In this document: one piece after another, positions 42,071-52,722 of the stretch
Layout of the letters: every line of letters begins with the position of its first letter
Position numbering within the stretch: position 1 is the stretch's first letter
Source: Escherichia coli
GTDB taxonomy: Bacteria; Pseudomonadota; Gammaproteobacteria; Enterobacterales; Enterobacteriaceae
Length of the DNA: 64,000 nt
Strand: one strand, 5' to 3'
NCBI RefSeq assembly: GCF_003790525.1
Contig: NZ_CP033635.1
Translations under genes and position numbers: made by a program
Notes under the pieces: generated by a model
Database searches by the model: none
Told to the model about the DNA's origin: nothing
The model's input: only the letters and a program-made list of their open reading frames with translations

Positions 42071-43633
42071 ATGGAACGCACTCTTCCCTGGAAGCCCCTT
42101 CTTTGTTTGTTATTTCTTTTATCAACTGGCTGCGATAGAGCAGAAAAACAGAAAATTGCCGCACAGCTGCAACAAGACAAAGAAGCTATTTCCTCTGTCG
42201 TCAAAAAGAGTTATCGCGCATTATGTGGCCCTGAGTTTGTCACCAGCACAGATTCGCACGATCGCCTTGCGGAAATGCAGCAAGTATTTACACCTGCTTT
42301 AATGGAGCCTGTACTGAAATACTGGCAAGAGTCACCCAAAACGTGTAAACGACGTTTCCCCAGTTATAGCGATCCTTCAGCGACCTTCGTCGAAGGCGAC
42401 AAGGCGCAGATTGGTGCTTTTTTTGGTCACCAATCTTATATTGATATTCCAATGGAGTTAATCCGGCAAGGGGATGGTAAATGGAAGATTACTGCGATTG
42501 ATTTTGCATCGTTACACGAGTTTGAAAAAAACGGTCGGGTTACTGGTGAGGTGCAGAAGCAAATAGATTTGCTTAAAAAACGCTCATTCAAGCAACATAG
42601 GGATTCCCCTGTGCTGACGAGGACCGCGCCAGAGCGGGTCAGTAAGTCCCCTTTGACATCGATGGAGCAAACAGTTACGGAGCAAGACTCTTCCTGGCTG
42701 GATGTCTTACTGACAATAGGCAAATATGCCCTTTATCTGGTAGCGATAATACTTATTCTCGCCTTGGTGGCTGTTTTGTGGATTGGTTATGGCCTGGTGT
42801 TCGCCGGACATCGCCTTTTCAAAGCATCCTGTAGAGATCCCTCAATTCAAAAAATTCCTGTGGCTGAACGTTGGGCAATGGCAGTCGGCGCGCCTTATGC
42901 CATTGCGGGTAACAATCACTGGGCGCGACGAGTCGTTAATGATGATTCCGTGGAAGCAGAGAATGATTGCAAAAATGAAGTGGAGTCCCTTGCTGACATG
43001 TGGGGCGTCTTTGATCGGGATTCGTTACTTGAGCAACTCTTAGCTTTGTTTGTAGCAGGACATCGTCCAGTTTATGAAGAACAGATCAAAAACGATAGCG
43101 AAATGCCGGATGCTGAATATCGCGCGTTCGCTCAGCAATTAGCTCAGAACGCGAAATCAAGTAGCGAAGCGAAAGAGCGTTTGTGGCAGCTACAGATGGT
43201 CAGAAAAAATCGACGTAAAATATGCGATATAGATTTTTGTGCCTGGGATATGGTGCGTTTTGTCATGCTATGTAATAGCGGGGCGCAAGTGGGATACATT
43301 ACCCAGCGTGAAATGGTCGATTTTTCGATGCTGGCAGCCAGACGCGTACAGCAACATTACAGAAGCTGGCGCGAATTGGCCGGGCATTTTTTGCTGGCCC
43401 GTTGGTACTGGAAAGCAACGGATAAACGGCACCTGATTACCCATATTCTTTTTAAGAAAGCCATTACATCTTTATTAGAAGAGCAGGGGAGTCCGTGGCG
43501 TACTTTACCCTGGGATACTCCATTACCTGAAGGAACAGAGACGGCTTTTGCCTGGGCTTGTGGCGTAAGCACTGCCGATGTCGTAGAGGTGCGATCGGAT
43601 ACACCAGATAAAGCAATCTACGAAGCGAATTGA
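42071..43633 (+). CDS. Hypothetical lipoprotein/membrane protein (520 aa) with possible DUF1266-like C-terminal domain
   Basis: Lipobox LLSTGC; one central TM helix (LYLVAIILILALVAVLWIGYGLVFAG); C-terminal AWDMVR...GYITQRE...YRSWREL pattern reminiscent of DUF1266 (YbeU/YbeR-like), from memory. Confidence 0.55.
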   Translation: MERTLPWKPLLCLLFLLSTGCDRAEKQKIAAQLQQDKEAISSVVKKSYRALCGPEFVTSTDSHDRLAEMQQVFTPALMEPVLKYWQESPKTCKRRFPSYSDPSATFVEGDKAQIGAFFGHQSYIDIPMELIRQGDGKWKITAIDFASLHEFEKNGRVTGEVQKQIDLLKKRSFKQHRDSPVLTRTAPERVSKSPLTSMEQTVTEQDSSWLDVLLTIGKYALYLVAIILILALVAVLWIGYGLVFAGHRLFKASCRDPSIQKIPVAERWAMAVGAPYAIAGNNHWARRVVNDDSVEAENDCKNEVESLADMWGVFDRDSLLEQLLALFVAGHRPVYEEQIKNDSEMPDAEYRAFAQQLAQNAKSSSEAKERLWQLQMVRKNRRKICDIDFCAWDMVRFVMLCNSGAQVGYITQREMVDFSMLAARRVQQHYRSWRELAGHFLLARWYWKATDKRHLITHILFKKAITSLLEEQGSPWRTLPWDTPLPEGTETAFAWACGVSTADVVEVRSDTPDKAIYEAN

Positions 43634-43718
43634 TGCCCCAAATGATTGAGCTTGTTTAATGACTGTGACCGGCTCTGAATGAAAATTTCTCCGACATTCC
43701 TGTCGGAGAAATATGAAA

Positions 43719-44477
43719 TCACTTTATCCCATCCGCGCTCATACGATCGCGAATATGCTGGGCGCGTTCGGCGGATGCTGGATGGTCGTCAAACATTGAG
43801 CTTTGACGGCCTTCTTCCAGTTTTGCCAGTTTTTCAAAGCTGGTGGCAAGACCTGCCGGGCTGATGCCGCGTTGGCGCAGAAGATCGTAAGAATAATCAT
43901 CGGCTTCTGCTTCCTGGCGCTGGGAGAATTGCGAATTAACTAATTTCTCGCCCAGATCACCGAGTTGTGATTGAGATAAACTGCCGACAATCCCGCCCGC
44001 AGAGGCCGCAGCTACTCGTACGGCATTTGTACCAAGTGCCACCTGCATCCCTTTCTTCACATGGCCTAACGCTACGTGCCCCATCTCGTGACCGATCACC
44101 GCTTCGACTTCGTTATCTGTCATCATATCCATCAGCCCGCTATAGACGCGGATACAGCCGTTAGCCATTGCAAAGGCGTTCACATCCTTCGCCATATACA
44201 CTTTGTAATTCACCGGCTGACCGTTGATATTGTTGCCTAGCGCATTGGCAATAGTTGTCAGACGTTTAGCGTATTCGCTATTGGTTGGCGCAATCGTCGC
44301 CTTGCTGTCCATCTCCTGACATGCCTGATCGCTCAGGGTTTTCACCTGCGCATCACTCAAACTGTAAGCCTGAAAAGCTTCCGCTCCTGATGAGAGCAGT
44401 CCGTTGGAGTCCATATTCTGGCAACCGGTCAGTACCGTTGCCACGCTCATTGCTACCAATAAGGCGCGAATTTTCAT
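43719..44477 (-). CDS. loiP: Metalloprotease LoiP (M48 family lipoprotein)
   Basis: 252 aa from MKIRALLVAMSVATVLTGC; HEMGH zinc motif. Confidence 0.9.
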   Translation of the reverse strand: MKIRALLVAMSVATVLTGCQNMDSNGLLSSGAEAFQAYSLSDAQVKTLSDQACQEMDSKATIAPTNSEYAKRLTTIANALGNNINGQPVNYKVYMAKDVNAFAMANGCIRVYSGLMDMMTDNEVEAVIGHEMGHVALGHVKKGMQVALGTNAVRVAAASAGGIVGSLSQSQLGDLGEKLVNSQFSQRQEAEADDYSYDLLRQRGISPAGLATSFEKLAKLEEGRQSSMFDDHPASAERAQHIRDRMSADGIK

Positions 44478-44754
44478 GTTTTCTCTTCCGCACAAGGTCA
44501 GGATTATTCTAAAAATGCGCCGTTTGCAGGTGAATCGACGCTCAGTCTCAGTATAAGGAAAAGCGCAGCGGACGGGCGAGCAGATTGCGCAACATGCGAG
44601 CATGATCCAGAGATTTCTGAAGCGGCAAAAGGATGTTCCATGTACATGACGCGCGGCTTGCGGTAAATTGTTGGCAAATTTTCCGGCGTAGCCCAAAACG
44701 CGCTGTCGTCAAGTCGTTAAGGGCGTGCCCTTCATCATCCGATCTGGAGTCAAA

Positions 44755-46746
44755 ATGTCCTCACGTAAAGAGCTTGCCAATGCTATTCGTGCGCTGAGCA
44801 TGGACGCAGTACAGAAAGCCAAATCCGGTCACCCGGGTGCCCCTATGGGTATGGCTGACATTGCCGAAGTCCTGTGGCGTGATTTCCTGAAACACAACCC
44901 GCAGAATCCGTCCTGGGCTGACCGTGACCGCTTCGTGCTGTCCAACGGCCACGGCTCCATGCTGATCTACAGCCTGCTGCACCTCACCGGTTACGATCTG
45001 CCGATGGAAGAACTGAAAAACTTCCGTCAACTGCATTCCAAAACGCCGGGCCACCCGGAAGTGGGCTACACCGCAGGTGTGGAAACCACTACTGGTCCGC
45101 TGGGTCAGGGTATTGCCAACGCAGTCGGTATGGCGATTGCAGAAAAAACGCTGGCGGCGCAGTTTAACCGTCCGGGCCACGACATTGTCGACCACTACAC
45201 CTACGCCTTCATGGGTGACGGCTGCATGATGGAAGGCATCTCCCACGAAGTTTGCTCTCTGGCGGGTACGCTGAAGCTGGGTAAACTGATTGCGTTCTAC
45301 GATGACAACGGTATCTCTATCGATGGTCACGTTGAAGGCTGGTTCACCGACGACACCGCAATGCGTTTCGAAGCTTACGGCTGGCACGTTATTCGCGGCA
45401 TCGACGGTCATGACGCGGCATCCATCAAACGCGCAGTAGAAGAAGCGCGCGCAGTGACTGACAAACCGTCCCTGCTGATGTGCAAAACCATCATCGGTTT
45501 CGGTTCACCGAACAAAGCCGGTACCCACGACTCCCACGGTGCGCCGCTGGGCGACGCTGAAATTGCCCTTACCCGCGAACAGCTGGGCTGGAAATATGCA
45601 CCGTTCGAAATCCCGTCTGAAATCTATGCTCAGTGGGATGCGAAAGAAGCAGGCCAGGCGAAAGAATCCGCATGGAACGAGAAATTCGCTGCTTACGCGA
45701 AAGCTTATCCGCAGGAAGCCGCTGAATTTACCCGCCGTATGAAAGGCGAAATGCCGTCTGACTTCGATGCCAAAGCGAAAGAATTCATCGCTAAACTGCA
45801 GGCTAATCCGGCGAAAATCGCCAGCCGTAAAGCGTCTCAGAATGCGATTGAAGCGTTCGGCCCGCTGTTGCCGGAATTCCTCGGCGGCTCTGCTGACCTG
45901 GCACCGTCTAACCTGACCCTGTGGTCTGGTTCTAAAGCAATCAACGAAGATGCTGCGGGTAACTACATCCACTACGGTGTTCGCGAGTTCGGTATGACCG
46001 CGATTGCTAACGGTATCTCCCTGCACGGTGGCTTCCTGCCGTACACCTCCACCTTCCTGATGTTCGTGGAATACGCACGTAACGCCGTACGTATGGCTGC
46101 GCTGATGAAACAGCGTCAGGTGATGGTTTACACCCACGACTCCATCGGTCTGGGCGAAGATGGCCCGACTCACCAGCCGGTTGAGCAGGTCGCTTCACTG
46201 CGCGTGACCCCGAACATGTCCACATGGCGTCCGTGTGACCAGGTTGAATCCGCGGTCGCGTGGAAATACGGCGTTGAGCGTCAGGACGGCCCGACTGCGC
46301 TTATCCTCTCCCGTCAGAACCTGGCGCAGCAGGAACGTACTGAAGAGCAGCTGGCAAACATCGCGCGCGGTGGTTATGTGCTGAAAGACTGTGCCGGTCA
46401 GCCGGAACTGATCTTCATCGCGACCGGTTCTGAAGTTGAACTGGCGGTTGCTGCCTACGAAAAACTGACTGCTGAAGGCGTGAAAGCGCGCGTGGTTTCC
46501 ATGCCGTCTACCGACGCGTTCGACAAGCAGGATGCGGCTTACCGTGAGTCTGTACTGCCGAAAGCGGTTACTGCACGCGTTGCGGTGGAAGCGGGTATTG
46601 CTGACTACTGGTACAAGTATGTTGGCCTGAACGGTGCTATCGTCGGCATGACCACCTTCGGTGAATCTGCTCCGGCAGAGCTGCTGTTTGAAGAGTTCGG
46701 CTTCACCGTTGACAACGTTGTTGCGAAAGCAAAAGAACTGCTGTAA
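44755..46746 (+). CDS. tktA: Transketolase 1
   Basis: 663 aa from [20 protein letters not shown]... Confidence 0.95.
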   Translation: MSSRKELANAIRALSMDAVQKAKSGHPGAPMGMADIAEVLWRDFLKHNPQNPSWADRDRFVLSNGHGSMLIYSLLHLTGYDLPMEELKNFRQLHSKTPGHPEVGYTAGVETTTGPLGQGIANAVGMAIAEKTLAAQFNRPGHDIVDHYTYAFMGDGCMMEGISHEVCSLAGTLKLGKLIAFYDDNGISIDGHVEGWFTDDTAMRFEAYGWHVIRGIDGHDAASIKRAVEEARAVTDKPSLLMCKTIIGFGSPNKAGTHDSHGAPLGDAEIALTREQLGWKYAPFEIPSEIYAQWDAKEAGQAKESAWNEKFAAYAKAYPQEAAEFTRRMKGEMPSDFDAKAKEFIAKLQANPAKIASRKASQNAIEAFGPLLPEFLGGSADLAPSNLTLWSGSKAINEDAAGNYIHYGVREFGMTAIANGISLHGGFLPYTSTFLMFVEYARNAVRMAALMKQRQVMVYTHDSIGLGEDGPTHQPVEQVASLRVTPNMSTWRPCDQVESAVAWKYGVERQDGPTALILSRQNLAQQERTEEQLANIARGGYVLKDCAGQPELIFIATGSEVELAVAAYEKLTAEGVKARVVSMPSTDAFDKQDAAYRESVLPKAVTARVAVEAGIADYWYKYVGLNGAIVGMTTFGESAPAELLFEEFGFTVDNVVAKAKELL

Positions 46747-46767
46747 TCGGTAAGATACTTTGTGAGA

Positions 46768-46794
46768 AGGGCCGCGAAAGCGGCCCTTTTTTTA
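46768..46794 (+). terminator. Rho-independent terminator after tktA
   Basis: Stem AGGGCCGC / GCGGCCCT, loop GAAA, then T7. Confidence 0.8.
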
Positions 46795-47700
46795 CTTAGT
46801 AGAGATAAACGGAACTGTGCTGCCGGGGATCATGGTATCGGGCAGTTTACCGTCCCAACGTTCGGCAGTGGTGAGGGCTACAAGTCCGGGATTATCCCGC
46901 AGAGCTTCACCGCGCAGGCGGATCGCTTCTGCTTCAGCCGCACTTTTTAAACGAATAGTTTCAGCCTCTGCCGCGCCTCTTACGCGAATAGTTTCCGCTT
47001 CTGCTTTAGCTGCCGCCAGTTTACTGTCTGCTTCTGCCTGGGCCTGAGTTACCGCTATTTGCGCCTGGATTTTCTCTGTTTCCAGATTTTGCTTACGCGT
47101 GGCAATGGCGACTTCTGCTTTCATTCGGTCTTCAATCGACTTTTCATAAGCGTCAGAAAAATCAATATTTTCAATCTGGACCCCGTCAATTACCACTGGC
47201 CCAACAACGGCTTTGCGCATGGCATTTTGCAGATCCTGAACCAGTTTTGTACGATCCTGTACAGCGCTGATGGCGGTATATTGGCCGAAAACGTTCTCCA
47301 GTTGAGTTGGCAACTGACGGACAATCAGACGATCTTTTAATGCTTCAATGGTGTTGTAGGTGGTATAAACCGCGCCTGCTTCTGAAGGTTTAATGTGGAA
47401 GCTGACTGATACTGTCATTTGTGCCGGTTGCTGGTCGCGGCTGTAGGCCTGTAATCCCTGATAGACCACAGCCTGATTACGCGTGGAAATTTTCTCCACG
47501 CTTTCCATAAACGGGATCTTAAAACCCAGACCCGGCTCGGCAACTTTTACGATTTTTCCGTAGCGCAGCAAAATGCCGCGTTCACCTTCATTAACGGTGT
47601 AATACGAGAGAAATGGCAGCACAACCACGGCAAGCACGCCAATGGCGATAGCAAGAGATTTTTGTGGGCGAAATGAGGTTAATGAAACAGGTGCTTTCAT
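46792..47700 (-). CDS. SPFH/band-7 (HflC/prohibitin-like) membrane protein
   Basis: 302 aa; N-terminal TM segment, band-7 core, Ala/Glu-rich coiled-coil tail; stop codon lies in the T-tract of the tktA terminator. Confidence 0.7.
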   Translation of the reverse strand: MKAPVSLTSFRPQKSLAIAIGVLAVVVLPFLSYYTVNEGERGILLRYGKIVKVAEPGLGFKIPFMESVEKISTRNQAVVYQGLQAYSRDQQPAQMTVSVSFHIKPSEAGAVYTTYNTIEALKDRLIVRQLPTQLENVFGQYTAISAVQDRTKLVQDLQNAMRKAVVGPVVIDGVQIENIDFSDAYEKSIEDRMKAEVAIATRKQNLETEKIQAQIAVTQAQAEADSKLAAAKAEAETIRVRGAAEAETIRLKSAAEAEAIRLRGEALRDNPGLVALTTAERWDGKLPDTMIPGSTVPFISTK

Positions 47701-48077
47701 GACAATCTTCCTTGAGTAAAGTGTGGGAATATGTCACATGAGATGAGGAGAAAACAGCCGACAGGTGAGAATTCAGAATCTATAAAGGGGTATAGCGAAA
47801 AAACATTGCTTTAAAAAAGTATGTTTTCGGACATTCAATAAATAAATGGCGATATGCATCACAAATACAACAATAATCAAAATGTTGATTTTGTGATAAA
47901 CGTAACAAATACAAAGTTGACTTTAAAAATATCAACTTCATGTTGTTATTATTTAAGGTTTTATTATTTTTGTTCATGGGGTTTTTCTTCTCGCGTACCC
48001 AATTGCTTTCATTAAACCGCACGAGTATTTTATTTTTACCGCCGGACGGTACCCTAAAAATAAAATAAGGATAATTT

Positions 48078-48521
48078 ATGCGGCTTAGTGATTATTTTCC
48101 AGAATCATCAATCTCAGTTATACATTCAGCAAAAGATTGGCAGGAAGCTATCGATTTCTCGATGGTATCATTGCTGGATAAAAACTATATCAGCGAGAAT
48201 TACATTCAGGCAATTAAAGATTCCACCATTAACAATGGCCCTTATTATATTCTCGCACCAGGCGTGGCAATGCCTCATGCGCGACCGGAATGTGGGGCGC
48301 TTAATACCGGGATGTCTTTGACATTACTTGAACAAGGTGTTTATTTTCCGGGGAATGACGAACCTATTAAATTACTCATCGGACTCTCTGCTGCCGATGC
48401 CGATTCGCACATTGGCGCTATTCAGGCGTTAAGTGAATTACTGTGCGAAGAAGAAATACTCGAACAACTCTTAACAGCATCATCAGAAAAACAATTAGCG
48501 GACATTATCAGCCGCGGATAA
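48078..48521 (+). CDS. cmtB: PTS mannitol-type EIIA (cryptic)
   Basis: 147 aa from MRLSDYFPESSISVIHSAKDWQ... Confidence 0.9.
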   Translation: MRLSDYFPESSISVIHSAKDWQEAIDFSMVSLLDKNYISENYIQAIKDSTINNGPYYILAPGVAMPHARPECGALNTGMSLTLLEQGVYFPGNDEPIKLLIGLSAADADSHIGAIQALSELLCEEEILEQLLTASSEKQLADIISRG

Positions 48522-48548
48522 TTACTCTCTCCTCTACAGGATAATATT

Positions 48549-49937
48549 ATGGAAAACAAGTCTGCTCGTGCAAAGGTCCAGGCTTTTGGGGGCTTTTTGA
48601 CTGCAATGGTCATCCCCAATATTGGTGCTTTTATTGCCTGGGGTTTTATTACTGCATTATTTATTCCTACTGGTTGGCTGCCTAACGAACATTTCGCCAA
48701 AATTGTCGGCCCGATGATTACCTATTTATTGCCCGTGATGATTGGTTCTACCGGTGGCCATTTAGTCGGCGGTAAACGCGGCGCGGTCATGGGCGGAATA
48801 GGTACTATTGGTGTGATCGTCGGCGCAGAGATCCCGATGTTCCTTGGCTCAATGATTATGGGGCCGCTCGGTGGGCTGGTCATAAAATATGTCGATAAGG
48901 CACTGGAAAAACGCATACCTGCTGGTTTTGAGATGGTTATCAATAACTTCTCATTAGGTATCGCGGGGATGCTCCTTTGTCTGCTGGGTTTTGAAGTGAT
49001 CGGCCCGGCGGTGTTAATTGCCAATACTTTCGTCAAAGAGTGTATTGAGGCGCTGGTACATGCGGGTTATCTGCCTCTGCTGTCAGTCATCAATGAACCG
49101 GCGAAAGTGCTTTTCCTTAATAATGCGATCGATCAGGGCGTCTATTATCCGCTGGGAATGCAACAGGCTTCGGTTAACGGTAAATCCATCTTCTTTATGG
49201 TGGCCTCTAACCCAGGTCCGGGCCTGGGGCTGCTGCTGGCGTTTACCTTGTTTGGTAAAGGGATGAGTAAACGTTCTGCGCCCGGGGCGATGATTATTCA
49301 CTTCCTCGGTGGGATCCACGAACTGTATTTCCCGTATGTGCTGATGAAGCCGCTGACCATTATTGCCATGATTGCAGGCGGTATGTCTGGCACCTGGATA
49401 TTTAACTTACTGGACGGTGGTCTGGTGGCTGGCCCAAGTCCGGGGTCTATCTTTGCGTACCTGGCACTGACGCCGAAAGGCTCGTTCCTGGCGACAATTG
49501 CTGGTGTTACGGTAGGTACCCTGGTGTCCTTTGCTATCACTTCGCTGATACTGAAGATGGAAAAAACGGTGGAAACGGAGAGCGAAGATGAGTTTGCTCA
49601 GTCAGCCAATGCGGTTAAGGCGATGAAACAAGAGGGTGCATTCTCGCTAAGCAGAGTTAAGCGTATCGCCTTTGTTTGCGATGCGGGGATGGGCTCCAGT
49701 GCGATGGGCGCGACGACCTTCCGTAAACGCCTGGAAAAAGCGGGGCTGCCAATTGAAGTAAAACATTACGCGATAGAAAACGTGCCTGCGGATGCGGATA
49801 TCGTCGTTACTCATGCCAGTCTGGAAGGGCGCGTGAAACGTGTGACGGATAAACCGCTGATATTGATTAATAACTATATTGGCGATCCAAAACTCGACAC
49901 TTTATTTAATCAATTAACCGCCGAACATAAACACTGA
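48549..49937 (+). CDS. cmtA: PTS mannitol-type EIICB (cryptic)
   Basis: 462 aa; EIIC membrane domain plus C-terminal EIIB. Confidence 0.9.
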   Translation: MENKSARAKVQAFGGFLTAMVIPNIGAFIAWGFITALFIPTGWLPNEHFAKIVGPMITYLLPVMIGSTGGHLVGGKRGAVMGGIGTIGVIVGAEIPMFLGSMIMGPLGGLVIKYVDKALEKRIPAGFEMVINNFSLGIAGMLLCLLGFEVIGPAVLIANTFVKECIEALVHAGYLPLLSVINEPAKVLFLNNAIDQGVYYPLGMQQASVNGKSIFFMVASNPGPGLGLLLAFTLFGKGMSKRSAPGAMIIHFLGGIHELYFPYVLMKPLTIIAMIAGGMSGTWIFNLLDGGLVAGPSPGSIFAYLALTPKGSFLATIAGVTVGTLVSFAITSLILKMEKTVETESEDEFAQSANAVKAMKQEGAFSLSRVKRIAFVCDAGMGSSAMGATTFRKRLEKAGLPIEVKHYAIENVPADADIVVTHASLEGRVKRVTDKPLILINNYIGDPKLDTLFNQLTAEHKH

Positions 49938-49951
49938 TTACAGAGGTAAAA

Positions 49952-51229
49952 ATGAAAACCAAAGTTGCTGCTATTTATGGCAAGCGGGATGTCCGTCTGC
50001 GCGAATTTGAACTGCCAGAAATTACCGATAATGAACTGTTAGTGAGTGTAATTTCTGACAGCGTCTGTTTATCGACCTGGAAAGCGGCGTTGCTTGGTAG
50101 TGAACATAAACGCGTACCCGACGATTTAGAAAATCATCCGGTCATTACCGGGCATGAATGTGCCGGGGTTATTGTTGAAGTGGGTAAAAATCTCACCGAC
50201 AAATATAAAAAAGGCCAGCGTTTTGTATTGCAACCGGCGATGGGGTTACCAAGCGGATATTCAGCGGGCTACAGCTACGAATATTTTGGCGGTAACGCCA
50301 CCTATATGATTATTCCCGAGATCGCCATTAACCTGGGCTGCGTATTACCCTATCACGGCTCTTATTTTGCTGCGGCGTCGCTGGCAGAGCCTATGTGCTG
50401 CATTATTGGCGCTTATCATGCCAATTATCACACTACGCAATATGTTTATGAGCATCGCATGGGCGTCAAACCTGGCGGCAATATTGCGCTGCTGGCGTGT
50501 GCAGGTCCGATGGGCATTGGCGCTATCGATTACGCCATTAACGGCGGTATACAACCGTCGCGGGTGGTGGTGGTCGATATCGACGACAAACGGCTGGCGC
50601 AGGTAGAGAAGCTGCTGCCGGTGGAACTGGCGGCCAGTAAAGGCATTGAGCTGGTGTATGTGAATACCAAAGGGATGAGCGATCCGGTACAGATGCTGCG
50701 GGCGCTGACGGATGATGCCGGATTTGATGACGTATTTGTCTATGCAGCGGTGCCTTCAGTCGTCGAGATGGCTGATGAATTACTGGCGGAAGATGGCTGC
50801 ATGAACTTCTTTGCCGGGCCAACGGATAAAAACTTCAAAGTGCCGTTTAATTTCTACAACGTCCATTACAACAGCACGCACGTCGTCGGTACATCTGGCG
50901 GTTCAACGGACGACATGAAAGAGGCGATTACCCTTAGCGCCACGGGACAGTTACAGCCGTCGTTTATGGTGACCCATATTGGTGGCCTTGATGCGGTGCC
51001 AGAAACCGTGCTCAATCTGCCGGATATCCCAGGCGGTAAAAAACTCATTTATAACGGCGTGACCATGCCGCTCACTGCCATTGCCGATTTTGCCGAAAAA
51101 GGCAAAACCGATCCGCTGTTTAAAGAGTTGGCGCGGCTGGTTGAGGAAACGCACGGCATCTGGAATGAGCAGGCCGAGAAATATCTGCTGGCGCAATTTG
51201 GCGTTGATATCGGGGAGGCCGCGCAATGA
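49952..51229 (+). CDS. yggP: Zn-dependent alcohol/polyol dehydrogenase-like protein
   Basis: 425 aa; MDR superfamily. Confidence 0.85.
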   Translation: MKTKVAAIYGKRDVRLREFELPEITDNELLVSVISDSVCLSTWKAALLGSEHKRVPDDLENHPVITGHECAGVIVEVGKNLTDKYKKGQRFVLQPAMGLPSGYSAGYSYEYFGGNATYMIIPEIAINLGCVLPYHGSYFAAASLAEPMCCIIGAYHANYHTTQYVYEHRMGVKPGGNIALLACAGPMGIGAIDYAINGGIQPSRVVVVDIDDKRLAQVEKLLPVELAASKGIELVYVNTKGMSDPVQMLRALTDDAGFDDVFVYAAVPSVVEMADELLAEDGCMNFFAGPTDKNFKVPFNFYNVHYNSTHVVGTSGGSTDDMKEAITLSATGQLQPSFMVTHIGGLDAVPETVLNLPDIPGGKKLIYNGVTMPLTAIADFAEKGKTDPLFKELARLVEETHGIWNEQAEKYLLAQFGVDIGEAAQ

Positions 51230-52191
51230 TGTCCCTGGCGTGGCCATTATTTCGCGTTACGGAACAGGCAGCGTTGGCTGCCTGGCCGCAAATCGGATGT
51301 GGCGACAAAAATAAAATTGATGGCCTGGCGGTCACCGCGATGCGCCAGGCATTAAACGACGTCGCTTTTCGTGGGCGAGTGGTTATCGGCGAGGGAGAGA
51401 TTGACCATGCGCCGATGCTGTGGATTGGCGAAGAGGTGGGCAAAGGCGATGGGCCAGAAGTCGATATCGCGGTTGATCCGATTGAAGGCACCAGGATGGT
51501 GGCGATGGGGCAGAGCAATGCGCTGGCAGTCATGGCCTTCGCCCCACGAGGCAGCCTGCTACACGCTCCCGATATGTATATGAAAAAACTGGTTGTTAAT
51601 CGGCTGGCGGCGGGCGCGATTGATCTGTCTTTGCCACTGGTGGACAACCTGCGCAACGTGGCGAAAGCGTTAGGCAAACCGCTGGACAAGCTGCGCATGG
51701 TTACGCTGGATAAACCGCGCCTGAGTGCCGCGATTGAAGAAGCAACACAGCTGGGCGTGAAGGTTTTCGCTCTGCCGGATGGCGATGTCGCCGCCAGCGT
51801 GCTGACCTGCTGGCAGGATAATCCTTACGATGTGATGTACACCATCGGCGGTGCGCCAGAAGGCGTGATTTCTGCCTGTGCCGTTAAAGCATTAGGCGGG
51901 GATATGCAGGCCGAGCTGATTGACTTTTGTCAGGCTAAAGGGGATTACACGGAAAATCGGCAGATTGCAGAGCAGGAGCGCAAGCGTTGCAAGGCAATGG
52001 GCGTTGACGTTAACCGTGTGTACTCGCTCGATGAACTGGTGAGGGGGAACGATATCCTCTTTAGCGCTACGGGCGTGACGGGTGGCGAGTTGGTGAACGG
52101 TATCCAACAGACGGCGAATGGGGTGCGGACGCAGACATTACTGATCGGCGGCGCGGACCAAACGTGTAATATAATAGACTCCCTGCATTGA
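51226..52191 (+). CDS. yggF: Fructose-1,6-bisphosphatase class II (GlpX-like)
   Basis: 321 aa; overlaps yggP stop (ATGA). Confidence 0.85.
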   Translation: MMSLAWPLFRVTEQAALAAWPQIGCGDKNKIDGLAVTAMRQALNDVAFRGRVVIGEGEIDHAPMLWIGEEVGKGDGPEVDIAVDPIEGTRMVAMGQSNALAVMAFAPRGSLLHAPDMYMKKLVVNRLAAGAIDLSLPLVDNLRNVAKALGKPLDKLRMVTLDKPRLSAAIEEATQLGVKVFALPDGDVAASVLTCWQDNPYDVMYTIGGAPEGVISACAVKALGGDMQAELIDFCQAKGDYTENRQIAEQERKRCKAMGVDVNRVYSLDELVRGNDILFSATGVTGGELVNGIQQTANGVRTQTLLIGGADQTCNIIDSLH

Positions 52192-52212
52192 TGGTGATCT
52201 ATCGGAAGACGA

Positions 52213-52722
52213 ATGGCGACGCTGACAGAAGATGATGTGCTTGAGCAACTGGATGCACAGGACAATTTATTTTCATTTATGAAAACTGCGCATTCTATTT
52301 TGCTCCAGGGGATACGCCAGTTTCTGCCGTCGCTGTTTGTCGATAACGATGAAGAGATCGTCGAATATGCAGTGAAGCCGTTACTCGCCCAAAGCGGCCC
52401 GCTTGACGATATTGATGTTGCGCTGCGTTTGATTTATGCGCTGGGGAAAATGGATAAATGGCTGTACGCCGATATCACGCATTTTTCCCAGTTCTGGCAT
52501 TACCTGAACGAACAGGATGAAATGCCCGGATTTGCCGATGACATGACCTGGGATTTTATCAGCAACGTCAATAGTATAACCCGCAATGCGACGCTCTATG
52601 ACGCATTGAAAGCGATGAAGTTCGCCGATTTCGCCGTCTGGTCAGAGGCGCGTTTTAGCGGGATGGTCAAAACGGCGCTGACGCTGGCAGTAACGACCAC
52701 CTTAAAGGAATTAACGCCGTGA
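52213..52722 (+). CDS. yggD: MtlR-like regulator
   Basis: 169 aa. Confidence 0.8.
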   Translation: MATLTEDDVLEQLDAQDNLFSFMKTAHSILLQGIRQFLPSLFVDNDEEIVEYAVKPLLAQSGPLDDIDVALRLIYALGKMDKWLYADITHFSQFWHYLNEQDEMPGFADDMTWDFISNVNSITRNATLYDALKAMKFADFAVWSEARFSGMVKTALTLAVTTTLKELTP

